This document shows, piece after piece, positions 1 through 8,007 of a stretch of 32,000 nt of DNA. Every line of letters begins with the position of its first letter. Position 1 is the stretch's first letter. The stretch covers positions 1,470,001-1,502,000 of the forward strand of contig NZ_LN831039.1 of assembly GCF_001457595.1 (NCBI RefSeq), given 5' to 3'. The translations under genes and the position numbers were made by a program. The notes under the pieces are model-generated. The model ran no database searches. It worked only from the letters and a program-made list of their open reading frames with translations, and was not told the origin of the DNA. Source of the stretch: Mycolicibacterium smegmatis (GTDB taxonomy: Bacteria; Actinomycetota; Actinomycetes; Mycobacteriales; Mycobacteriaceae).

Positions 1-1981
1 CATCGCCGGTGCCCTCGAACACTTCGACCACCGCGCCGTGAGTGGCATTCGAGAACGTGCCGTCATTGTCGACGTCGAAACTCGCCGACGCGCGCAGCCC
101 CGGTTCCAGACCCTTGGGCAGCAGATGTGCCTTCGCGTAGGCGATGTCGGCCAGCTGTCGGTAGGACAGCGACACCGACGGATCGTCGACGCGGCGCACC
201 CGCCCCTTGTCGAGCTGCACGTTGTCGATGTGCGTGTCGAGGAGATGCGCCGCGATGTCGCGGAGTTTGTCGCCGAGCTTGACCGCGGCGAGCGCGACCG
301 CGCTTCCACCGATGGTGATCGAGCGGCTGGCGAAACTCCCGTACCCGTACAGGATTCGGTCCGTGTCGCCCTGGTGGATCTTGACCTGCTCGATGTCGAG
401 GCCGAGTCGGTCGGCGACGATCTGGGCCATGGTCGTCTCGTGGCTCTGCCCGTGGCTGAGGGTCCCCGTGGTCACCACGACGGTCCCGTCCATGTCCATC
501 GTGATGTCCGATACGTCGAACCCGGGCACGACGTCCATCTTGCGCGCCGCGAACGCCGCCGAACCGTAGCCCGTGCGCTCGTTGAAGCATGAGAAACCAA
601 TTCCGATGTGCCGACCGGCTTCTCGGTCACGCAGATCGAACCAACCCTCGCGGCGCAACGTTTCCTCGCACAGGTTCAGCGATTCGAGGTAGGACCCGGG
701 ATCGTAGGTGATGTTGTTGACCCCGGTATAGGGGAACACCGTGATGAGGTTCCGGCGTCTGATCTCCACCGGGTCGATGTTCAGCTCGCGGGCTGCGCGC
801 TCCATCAATCGCTCGACGACCATCACGTACTGGGGCCTGCTGACTCCCCGGTACGGCGCCGACGGTGCCTTGTTGGATGCGATGGCGCGGCCACGTACGC
901 GATAGTCGGGCAGCTTGTAGACCCCGGGAAGCTCGGAAGAGGCCATCAGCGGCTCGATGGCGGCGGTGAACGGGTAGCACGAGTAGGCGCCCATATCGCA
1001 GACCACATCGGCGTCGATGGCGAGCAGGCGGCCGGTTTCGTCGAAGGCCGCCCGAACGTCGTAGCGCTGCTCACGGGCCAGGAACGACGCCGTCAGCGCT
1101 TCTCGCCGATCCTCGGTCCACTTGACGGGCCTGCGCAGGCGCAGCGCCGCGGCGGCCACCGCGATCTCCTCGCGGCCCACCACGCACTTGATCCCGAACC
1201 CACCGCCCATATCGGGCACGATCACCCTGACCTTGCGTTCGTCGAGACCCAGCGATCTGGCGGTGACGGTCCGAACCAGGTGGGGGACTTGGCTGCAGGT
1301 GTAGAGAACCAACTGCTCGTCGCGGTCGTCCCAGTACGCCAGCGCGCCGCGGGTCTCCATCGGAAGTGCGTTCTGCCGGCCGGTCTTGCTGTGCACGCTC
1401 ACCACGACCGCTGCCGAGGCGAAGGCCTCATCGGTGCCTGCGCTGTCGAACAGGGACACGTCGACGAGGGTGTTGTGGGCGGCCTGCTCGTGCACGAGCG
1501 GCGCCCCGGTCGCGAGTGCCTCGTCGATCGTGGTCACGGCGACGCCCGGTTCGTAACGGACGGTCACGGCTTCCAGGGCATCCTCGGCGAGATACTGGTC
1601 GGTGGCCACGACGATCGCCAGCGGCTCTCCCACGAAGCGCACCGTGTCCGAGGCGAGGATCGGCATCTCGGTCGGCACGAACTCCGTCAACGGCCGGTCA
1701 AGGGTGGCGACCATGTTCCCCAGTGCGAGGTCGTCGGCGTCCCACGCGGCCCGCACCCCCTTGATCGACTGCGCCGCACCGAGGTCGATCGAGAGGATCT
1801 TGCCCGCGGCGATCGTGGAGCGGACGAACTGCGCGTGCACCATTCCGGGCAGGGAGATGTCGTCGACGAAGCGACCGGTGCCCGTCAACAGGCGCGGGTC
1901 TTCCCGGCGGCGGACCGAGGTTCCGACCCAGGAACCGCCACGGGCGAGCAGATGATCACTTGTACCGGCGTGAATTGTCAT
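1..1981 (-). CDS. Molybdopterin-binding large subunit of xanthine dehydrogenase/CoxL-family hydroxylase (putative nicotinate/N-heterocycle hydroxylase), partial: C-terminus beyond the window
   Basis: Reverse-strand frame from ATG at 1981 reads MTIHAGTSDHLLARGGSWVGTSVRRREDPRLLTGTGRFVDDISLPGMVHAQFVRS..., with ...NKAPSAPYRGVSRPQYVMVVERLMERA... and ...ASFDVDNDGTFSNATHGAVVEVFEGTGD... near the edge. Start overlaps the FAD-subunit stop (TGATG). Absent from the ORF track because the stop lies outside the window. Confidence 0.93.
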   Translation of the reverse strand, partial: MTIHAGTSDHLLARGGSWVGTSVRRREDPRLLTGTGRFVDDISLPGMVHAQFVRSTIAAGKILSIDLGAAQSIKGVRAAWDADDLALGNMVATLDRPLTEFVPTEMPILASDTVRFVGEPLAIVVATDQYLAEDALEAVTVRYEPGVAVTTIDEALATGAPLVHEQAAHNTLVDVSLFDSAGTDEAFASAAVVVSVHSKTGRQNALPMETRGALAYWDDRDEQLVLYTCSQVPHLVRTVTARSLGLDERKVRVIVPDMGGGFGIKCVVGREEIAVAAAALRLRRPVKWTEDRREALTASFLAREQRYDVRAAFDETGRLLAIDADVVCDMGAYSCYPFTAAIEPLMASSELPGVYKLPDYRVRGRAIASNKAPSAPYRGVSRPQYVMVVERLMERAARELNIDPVEIRRRNLITVFPYTGVNNITYDPGSYLESLNLCEETLRREGWFDLRDREAGRHIGIGFSCFNERTGYGSAAFAARKMDVVPGFDVSDITMDMDGTVVVTTGTLSHGQSHETTMAQIVADRLGLDIEQVKIHQGDTDRILYGYGSFASRSITIGGSAVALAAVKLGDKLRDIAAHLLDTHIDNVQLDKGRVRRVDDPSVSLSYRQLADIAYAKAHLLPKGLEPGLRASASFDVDNDGTFSNATHGAVVEVFEGTGD

Positions 1982-2856
1982 CAGGCCGCCACGCTTTCGG
2001 TGGCCGCCGCCCGCAGCAATGCGGTCACCACCAGGTGGTGGGTGAGACCGCGGAGGTATTCCGTACCGCCCGGGGTGGCAACCTCGTCGAACTCGAGTTC
2101 GGCGACAATCCTGTCGGCGCAACGTTTGGCAAGATCGGGCGTCATCGGTCCGGCGAATTCCAGGCTCGCCCGTGCCGCGTCACACACGATCGGCACGGGT
2201 GCCACACCGCCGAGCGCGACGCGGCCCGACACCACCTCGCCGTCGGCCACATCGAGATCTGCCGCAGCCGCGACCACCGCGAAATCACCGTGGCGTTGGG
2301 CGTATTCGGTCAATGCCGCGTGCGGCGCAGGGCGAGGGAAGCGCACCGCGATGATCATCTCGTCGTATTCGAGTGCGGTGGTGTACAGACCGAAGAAGAA
2401 GTCCGAGGCCGCGATGGTCCGTTCTCCCCGCGGTGACGCGACGACGATGTCGGCGTCGAGCAGGACAGCGAGCAGACACCACTCGGCGGTGGCGTCGGCG
2501 TGCGCGATGCTGCCCCCGATGGTTCCCCGCGTCCGGATCGGCAGGTGCCCGACCCACTGCATCGCGTCACCGATCACGGTGTAACCGTCGGAAAGAACCG
2601 ATTTGAAACGCCGTTCGACGTCATGGTGCGTGGTGAGGGCACCGATGGTCAGTGTCTGCCCTCGATCGACGTAACGGAGGTCGGCGATGCCGGACACGTC
2701 GACCAGGCTCGCCGGGCGTGCCAACCGGAAGTTCATCATGGCGACCAGCGACTGTCCGCCTGCGATGATCTTGGCATCCTCACCCAACTCCGACAGCAGA
2801 TCGACGGCCTGCGCGACGCTGTGCGCCCGATGGTACTGGAAGGCAGCAGGTTTCAC
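1981..2856 (-). CDS. FAD-binding (CoxM-type) subunit of molybdenum hydroxylase
   Basis: 291 aa: MKPAAFQYHRAHSVAQAVDLLSELGEDAKIIAGGQSLVAMMNFRLARPASLVD..., TIGGSIAHADATAEW; AGGQSL and TIGG(S) FAD-binding motifs; ATGA overlap with the upstream MFS gene. Confidence 0.94.
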   Translation of the reverse strand: MKPAAFQYHRAHSVAQAVDLLSELGEDAKIIAGGQSLVAMMNFRLARPASLVDVSGIADLRYVDRGQTLTIGALTTHHDVERRFKSVLSDGYTVIGDAMQWVGHLPIRTRGTIGGSIAHADATAEWCLLAVLLDADIVVASPRGERTIAASDFFFGLYTTALEYDEMIIAVRFPRPAPHAALTEYAQRHGDFAVVAAAADLDVADGEVVSGRVALGGVAPVPIVCDAARASLEFAGPMTPDLAKRCADRIVAELEFDEVATPGGTEYLRGLTHHLVVTALLRAAATESVAA

Positions 2857-4271
2857 GCACCGCTCCGCACGTCGGGGGCAGAGGTGAGGGCGGGTTCTTT
2901 CGCGATGGGTGCCAAGGTGTCGAGTTCACGCCCCTTGGTCTCCGGTGCTCCCACACTCATCCACACGACAGCCGCCACGACGGCGCCACCGATGATGGCG
3001 AAGGTCATCGGCAGGCCGAAGGTCGGCCACAGCAGCGTGCCGAACAACAGCGGGACGAAGCCCGACGCCACCCGGCTCACCGAAGAGGCCCAGCCGAATC
3101 CGCTTGCGCGCACAGGCGTGGGGTACAGCTCCGACACGTACGCATACAGCACCGGAATGGTCAGCTGGATGACAAAGCCGAAGATTCCGAGGAAGATCAG
3201 CGGAACCGTGTCGATCGACAAGGTGAGGCCGAACAGCACCAACGCCAGCGCCGCCACCGGACCGGAAACTCCGATCACCCACTTGCGGCCGACTTTCTCG
3301 CACAACCACGACGACACCAGGACACCGATGATGCCCACGCCGGTCATCAGGGTGGTCCCGGCGAACGCCGCGTAGCTGCCGTACCCGCTCTGACGGAGGA
3401 TGGACGGCATCCAGCTCAGCGCTCCGTAGTAGAGCAGCATGATGGTGATGAACAGGGCCCACGACGTGCTGGTGATCCGGGGGCTGAACCGCCAGATGTC
3501 ACGCAATTGGGCCGCCGCACTGGCGAAGGTCATCTTCGCCACGACCTCGGGAGGGCTGAACCGGTACGGAACCGGCGGTGTGCCCGTGCGCGCGACCAGA
3601 TCGTCGACGACCGCCCGCGCCTCCTCTTCACGACCGCTGCGGGCCAGATAGATCGGTGATTCGGGAATCGAGCGGCGCACCCAGAACAGCAGGAGGGCGG
3701 GTAGCACCATGAACACCAGCATGATTCGCCAGCGGGCGTCGGGATCGATCGGGACCAGCAACGTTGCGACCAGTCCGCACAACGTTCCTCCGATCGGCCA
3801 CCACACGTCCATCGCCGCAAGCACTCGTCCCCGTAGCCGGGCCGGTGAGAACTCGCTGACGATCGCGTAATCCACGGGGATGCAACCACCCAACCCGAAC
3901 CCGGCCAGGAAGCGGAGCAACAGGAACACCCAGTACGACGGTGCCAGTGCGGCCAGGACCGAGAAGACCGCGAAGATCAGCATCGTGATGCTGAACGCCT
4001 TCTTCCGGCCGACCTTGTCGGCAACGGTTCCCCAGGAGACGGCTCCGATGGCCATACCGATCAGGTTCGCCGTGGCGACCATGCCGCGTTCGGTGATCCC
4101 GAGTCCCCAGAAATCACCGACCAGTGGCGTGAGGAACCCGTTCAGCACCACGTCCCAGGCGTCGAACATGTAGCCCAGTCCGCCGATGATGAAGACACGC
4201 CCCTGAACGTTCCAGCGCCAGGGGAGTTGTTGAACCACTTGCTCAGCTGTTTGCATGGCGAGCCTCGTCAC
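2853..4271 (-). CDS. MFS transporter, putative nicotinate/aromatic acid uptake (NicT-like role by context)
   Basis: 472 aa, 12-TM-like; GYMFDAWDVVLNGFLTPL, RFLAGFGLGGCIPVDYAIVSEFSPARLRGR. ATG at 4271 (or 4256) overlaps the upstream hydrolase stop. Confidence 0.9.
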   Translation of the reverse strand: MTRLAMQTAEQVVQQLPWRWNVQGRVFIIGGLGYMFDAWDVVLNGFLTPLVGDFWGLGITERGMVATANLIGMAIGAVSWGTVADKVGRKKAFSITMLIFAVFSVLAALAPSYWVFLLLRFLAGFGLGGCIPVDYAIVSEFSPARLRGRVLAAMDVWWPIGGTLCGLVATLLVPIDPDARWRIMLVFMVLPALLLFWVRRSIPESPIYLARSGREEEARAVVDDLVARTGTPPVPYRFSPPEVVAKMTFASAAAQLRDIWRFSPRITSTSWALFITIMLLYYGALSWMPSILRQSGYGSYAAFAGTTLMTGVGIIGVLVSSWLCEKVGRKWVIGVSGPVAALALVLFGLTLSIDTVPLIFLGIFGFVIQLTIPVLYAYVSELYPTPVRASGFGWASSVSRVASGFVPLLFGTLLWPTFGLPMTFAIIGGAVVAAVVWMSVGAPETKGRELDTLAPIAKEPALTSAPDVRSGA

Positions 4272-5113
4272 TTGGATGCGGAAAGTGCCCGGCGAACACT
4301 CGCCAGGGCTGGGGCTGGGTTGTCCCAGAACAACATATGGCCTGCGTCGGGAATGGATTCCAGATTGGCCTGCGGGTTCATCGATCGGGCGTGCTCCACG
4401 CCATCTGCCGGCACCATCGGGCTGTCACTGCCGTAGATCAGCGTGGTCGTCGAGGTGAGCTTGGGCCATACGTCGAAGAAATCGTCTTCTTCGAACCCCC
4501 GGTGCGTCTGCGAGACAGCTTCGACGTCGCAACTGGACAGCCAGTGCGCCCGCAGGCGTTGCTCCGACTGCGGCCAGCGTGGCCACGCCTTCGCCACTTC
4601 GGCGGTGGTGGTGCCGGCGCGCGCCTCGGCGAGCTGGGCGAGGAAGGTCTCGAGCGTGGTGGGGTAGGGTCCGCGGCCGGGCCCGCTCATCGGTGGATCT
4701 GCCAACAGCAACGAACGGATCGGCACCCGGCCGCGTGCGGCAACAACCGCCGCGATGCGGGCTCCCATCGAGTGGCCCAGGATGCTGACGTCGTCGAGCG
4801 CGAGATCATCGACGATGGCTTCCACATCCTCGGCGTAGTCGTCGAGTGTGTAGGAGGTGGCGGAATCCGAGAGACCCCGGCCGCGGATGTCCACCACGTA
4901 GGGGTGCGCGATGTCGGTCAGCTCCACGGCCACGAAGTTCATCGTGATGGCGGGGCTGGTGATGCCCGGCAGGACCAGAAGTGGAGGCACGGCCGGTGCG
5001 GCGTTGTAGTCCAGCACGTGCAGCGCAAGCGAATTGGTGACGACCCAGCGACTGGTCGCGGGTACGGTTGCGAGATCGGCCAGTGCTTCTTGGGTCAGAT
5101 ATCGACGGTCCAC
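4268..5113 (-). CDS. nicD: Alpha/beta hydrolase, putative N-formylmaleamate deformylase
   Basis: 281 aa; PYVVDIRGRGLSDS, nucleophile elbow DVSILGHSMGARIAAV, late His in IPDAGHMLFWDNP; operon position between nicF-like and MFS genes. Confidence 0.82.
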   Translation of the reverse strand: MDRRYLTQEALADLATVPATSRWVVTNSLALHVLDYNAAPAVPPLLVLPGITSPAITMNFVAVELTDIAHPYVVDIRGRGLSDSATSYTLDDYAEDVEAIVDDLALDDVSILGHSMGARIAAVVAARGRVPIRSLLLADPPMSGPGRGPYPTTLETFLAQLAEARAGTTTAEVAKAWPRWPQSEQRLRAHWLSSCDVEAVSQTHRGFEEDDFFDVWPKLTSTTTLIYGSDSPMVPADGVEHARSMNPQANLESIPDAGHMLFWDNPAPALASVRRALSASK

Positions 5114-5121
5114 ACGCTGTC

Positions 5122-5790
5122 CTAACCGTTGGCGGCCACGTCGGCCGATTGAAGGTACTTGAGCGCAGCATCGAGCTCGACGACGTCGCCGTATTTGGCG
5201 TTGATGTCGAAAAGGTTTGCCTGGTGGGGGCCCTCGGCCCGGTCGCCGACGCAGTCACTGACCACCATGACGCCGAACCCGTGTTGTACGGCGTCGACGG
5301 CGGTGGCGCGTACACACCCGCTGGTGGTGGCGCCGCAGACGATGACGGTGTCCCGGCCCAGGCTCGTCAGCAGGGCCGCCAGATGCGTACCGAAGAACGC
5401 CGAGGCGCCCTTCTTCACGATCACCTCGTCGGCCTCGGTCACCGTCAGTCTGGGGTCGATCGCCGAAGCCTCCGACCCGTGGCGCATGGCGCGCATACCG
5501 GGCGCCTTGTCCAACCAGGCGATCGATGAGCCATCGGCTTCGGCGGCGGTATAGGCGATCACGGTGTAGATCACCGGAATGTTCGTCGATCGAGCTGTCG
5601 TGCAGAGTGTTTCGGTACGGGCGACCACATCCGTGAGGTCGCAGCCGGTCGGATGATCGGGCTGTGTGAATCCGCGCGTGAGGTCGACGACCACGACGGC
5701 CGGCCGGTCGCCCAGCCGGGCAGGCGAGCCGAAACCCGCGGTGTCGTACACCTGGTCGGTTTCGGGTCCCCAGTGTGTTCGTCCGGTCAC
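5122..5790 (-). CDS. nicF: Isochorismatase-family cysteine hydrolase, putative maleamate amidohydrolase
   Basis: 222 aa from GTG at 5790 (VTGRTHWGPETDQVYDTAGFGSPARLGDRPAVVVVDLTRGFTQPDHPTG...); catalytic Asp in VVVVDLTRGF, Cys in VIVCGATTSGCVRATAVDAVQHGFGVMVVSDCVGDRA. The track start at 6003 overextends into nicC. Confidence 0.85.
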   Translation of the reverse strand: MTGRTHWGPETDQVYDTAGFGSPARLGDRPAVVVVDLTRGFTQPDHPTGCDLTDVVARTETLCTTARSTNIPVIYTVIAYTAAEADGSSIAWLDKAPGMRAMRHGSEASAIDPRLTVTEADEVIVKKGASAFFGTHLAALLTSLGRDTVIVCGATTSGCVRATAVDAVQHGFGVMVVSDCVGDRAEGPHQANLFDINAKYGDVVELDAALKYLQSADVAANG

Positions 5791-5824
5791 GTCACGTCCC
5801 TTCCTCGGCTGGAACTCTGGCTGT

Positions 5825-7093
5825 TCATTTCGCGAAGGGGTAGGTGAACGCATGCAGATCGGTGTCCTTGAGGGGTGTCCCGCTCCACAGCCAGTCGTAC
5901 GACACATCCGATTCGCCGTCGAAATTGCGAAGTTGCTCGTCCCGAAGGCGCTGCTGGGGCCCGTCGGGTAGGTGGTAGAACGACATGTTCTCCAGTGATG
6001 CATCCTGCACCATCCCGGCGTGTTTCGCGCGACGAGCGACGTAACGCATCAATGCCGAATCGATGTCGTGGCGGGACACTTCGGCCAGTTCCTCGGCGAG
6101 CACCGCGGCATCCTCCATGGCCTGTGAGGCACCCTGCGCCTGGTAGGGCAGCATCGCGTGGCAGGCATCGCCTAGGAGCGCGACCCGGCCGTCGACCCAC
6201 ACCGGGTCCCGGCGGCGCCGGTACATCGCCCATACCGACGCGTTGCCTTCGGCCTTCGACAGCATGGCCGGCACCCGGTCGTCCCAGCCGGGGAATGCGT
6301 CGGTGAGATCGTCCACCGATGCGGGACCCGACCAGTCCTTCTCGATCTGGGGGCTGCAGGGCACGATGGCGACCACGTTGAGGTACTCGCCTTGTCGAAT
6401 CATGTAGTGCACCAGATGTCGGTCGGGGCCATACCAGATGGTGCTCTGAAATCTGTCCACGAGCCATCGGGTGGCGGGATCCGCGGCGATCTTGTCGCCG
6501 GGAATCAAAGCGCGATAAGCCATTTCGCCTGAGAATTCGAGGGTGTCGGCGAACCCGACGGCGTCGCGGACTGCCGAGCGGATGCCGTCGGCGCCGATGA
6601 TCACGTCGGCTTCGAATCGACGCCCGTCAGCTGTCACGGCGGCAGGCCGCTCGGGCACCGATTGATCGACGTCGACGACGGCGGCGTTGGTATGGACCTG
6701 TACCACCGGACCGGGGTCCGGCTCGAGGCATGCGTCCAGCAGTACCCGGTGCAGGTCTGCGCGATGGTAATGCCAGTACGGTGCGTTGTAGTCGCGGATG
6801 CACCGCGATCCCAACGCTGTCTGAGCGATGATGCTGCCGTCTTTCCAGCGTCTGCGCACCTGATCCTGCGGCTCGGTGTGGATACGCTCCAATTGCTTGC
6901 GCAATCCCAGTCCGATGAGCACGCGGCTGGCGTTCGGTGCGGTCTGGATGCCGGCGCCGACCTCTCCGAGTTCGGCTGTCTTCTCCAAAACGGTGACGCG
7001 AAAACCCTTTTGGCGCAGCGCCAGCGCCGCGGTCAGGCCGCCAAGGCCCGCTCCGGCCACGACGATCTCGAACGACTGACCGATTCTTCCCAT
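5825..7093 (-). CDS. nicC: FAD-dependent aromatic hydroxylase, putative 6-hydroxynicotinate 3-monooxygenase
   Basis: 422 aa from ATG at 7093: MGRIGQSFEIVVAGAGLGGLTAALALRQKGFRVTVLEKTAELGEVGAGIQTAPNASRVL... (Rossmann GxGxxG), GRVALLGDACHAMLPYQAQGASQAMEDAAVLAEEL. Strong Shine-Dalgarno AGGAGG (CTAGGAGGAAAATCCATG). Confidence 0.87.
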   Translation of the reverse strand: MGRIGQSFEIVVAGAGLGGLTAALALRQKGFRVTVLEKTAELGEVGAGIQTAPNASRVLIGLGLRKQLERIHTEPQDQVRRRWKDGSIIAQTALGSRCIRDYNAPYWHYHRADLHRVLLDACLEPDPGPVVQVHTNAAVVDVDQSVPERPAAVTADGRRFEADVIIGADGIRSAVRDAVGFADTLEFSGEMAYRALIPGDKIAADPATRWLVDRFQSTIWYGPDRHLVHYMIRQGEYLNVVAIVPCSPQIEKDWSGPASVDDLTDAFPGWDDRVPAMLSKAEGNASVWAMYRRRRDPVWVDGRVALLGDACHAMLPYQAQGASQAMEDAAVLAEELAEVSRHDIDSALMRYVARRAKHAGMVQDASLENMSFYHLPDGPQQRLRDEQLRNFDGESDVSYDWLWSGTPLKDTDLHAFTYPFAK

Positions 7094-7205
7094 GGATTTT
7101 CCTCCTAGAGGCGGCGTGAGACGGTCTGACCGAAGACCGCTGCCGCTGCACACCACAAAGATCCAGGTGACGGGGCTGCACTGCCCGAGCCTGAGCTTGT
7201 CGAGG

Positions 7206-7220
7206 AATTAATCCGAACAC
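7206..7220 (-). promoter_or_regulatory. Copy B of shared 15-bp motif GTGTTCGGATTAATT, upstream of nicC
   Basis: Reverse complement of plus-strand AATTAATCCGAACAC; 13 nt downstream of TTGACT (7239-7234, minus). Confidence 0.5.
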
Positions 7221-7307
7221 GGACGATATCTGAAGTCAAGACCCTGCATCGATTTTGGTGCAGAGTTTTACATTGAGGCCGACGTGCCGCCTGAACAGCG
7301 GCAACGG

Positions 7308-7805
7308 TCAGGAAACGGGGGCGATCGACTCCCAGTGTTCGGCCAGTTCGCTCAAAAGCGCGATCAGAGAGGCGCGTTCGGCCGCGGTTTTCCCGGCCAG
7401 AAGACGCTCGTCGAGTTCGCGTGCCCGGCGATTTGCCGCACGAAACGTTTTCTCGCCCTTCGGGGTGAGAAACAGGAGCTTCCTTCGCCCGTCGCGCGGA
7501 TCGCTCTTGCGCTCTACGAGCCCACGCTCTTCGAGTCGGCGGACCACGTCGGCCATGGTCGATCGGTCCAGCGAAACCGAAGAGGCCAGAGAGCCTTGAT
7601 CGTGGCCAGGCTGACGGTAGACGGTGTTGAGCACCGCGAATTGCGGGCCGGTGAGGGTGCTGTCGACGTGCCGAACCCACGAGGCGAGATACGCCTGGTG
7701 GAGTCTCCGTGCCAGGTAACCGGGCGCCTCTGCCAACTCCGGAGGTGTGGCCGGGGAGGAGGGGCCGGACTGGGCTGCGTCGGCGACGGATCGACTGTTG
7801 ACCAC
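7308..7805 (-). CDS. MarR-family transcriptional regulator (NicR-like by context)
   Basis: 165 aa; LTGPQFAVLNTVYRQPGHDQGSLASSVSLDRSTMADVVRRLEERGLVERKSDPRDGRRKLLFLTPKGE, a canonical MarR winged helix; divergent from nicX. Confidence 0.93.
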   Translation of the reverse strand: MVNSRSVADAAQSGPSSPATPPELAEAPGYLARRLHQAYLASWVRHVDSTLTGPQFAVLNTVYRQPGHDQGSLASSVSLDRSTMADVVRRLEERGLVERKSDPRDGRRKLLFLTPKGEKTFRAANRRARELDERLLAGKTAAERASLIALLSELAEHWESIAPVS

Positions 7806-7811
7806 GTCGCA

Positions 7812-7817
7812 ATGATA
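7812..7817 (-). promoter_or_regulatory. Candidate -10 hexamer (TATCAT) giving a leaderless marR transcript
   Basis: Reverse strand TATCAT-TGCGAC-GTG: 5/6 match to TATAAT, ends 6 nt before the GTG start at 7805. Confidence 0.5.
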
Positions 7818-7905
7818 GTTCTTCTCTGTTTTGCTCCGATCGCGCCACCGGGTGCGGTCGGGTACGCAGGCAATTTCCTTTTAACAAGAAAGTTTCGTCA
7901 ACGCC

Positions 7906-7935
7906 TTGACGGAGCAGGGGTGTCGGGCGAATAGT
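7906..7935 (+). promoter_or_regulatory. Candidate promoter of the nicX-nicE operon
   Basis: -35 TTGACG (7906-7911), 18-bp spacer, -10 AATAGT (7930-7935); overlaps the inverted repeat TAGTC-n8-GACTA (7932-7949). Confidence 0.45.
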
Positions 7936-7937
7936 CA

Positions 7938-7952
7938 GTGTTCGGACTAATT
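7938..7952 (+). promoter_or_regulatory. Copy A of shared 15-bp motif GTGTTCGGACTAATT
   Basis: 14/15 identical to copy B (7206-7220, minus strand). Confidence 0.5.
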
Positions 7953-8007
7953 TGGCAGGTGCGTGTTCTGCCGGCCTGCCTGTTTTTGACACCAGGAGGG
8001 GACGCTC

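Noticed and set aside
608-2584. 658-aa plus-strand ORF
   Set aside because: Antisense shadow of the molybdopterin and FAD subunits, whose motifs are unmistakable on the minus strand.
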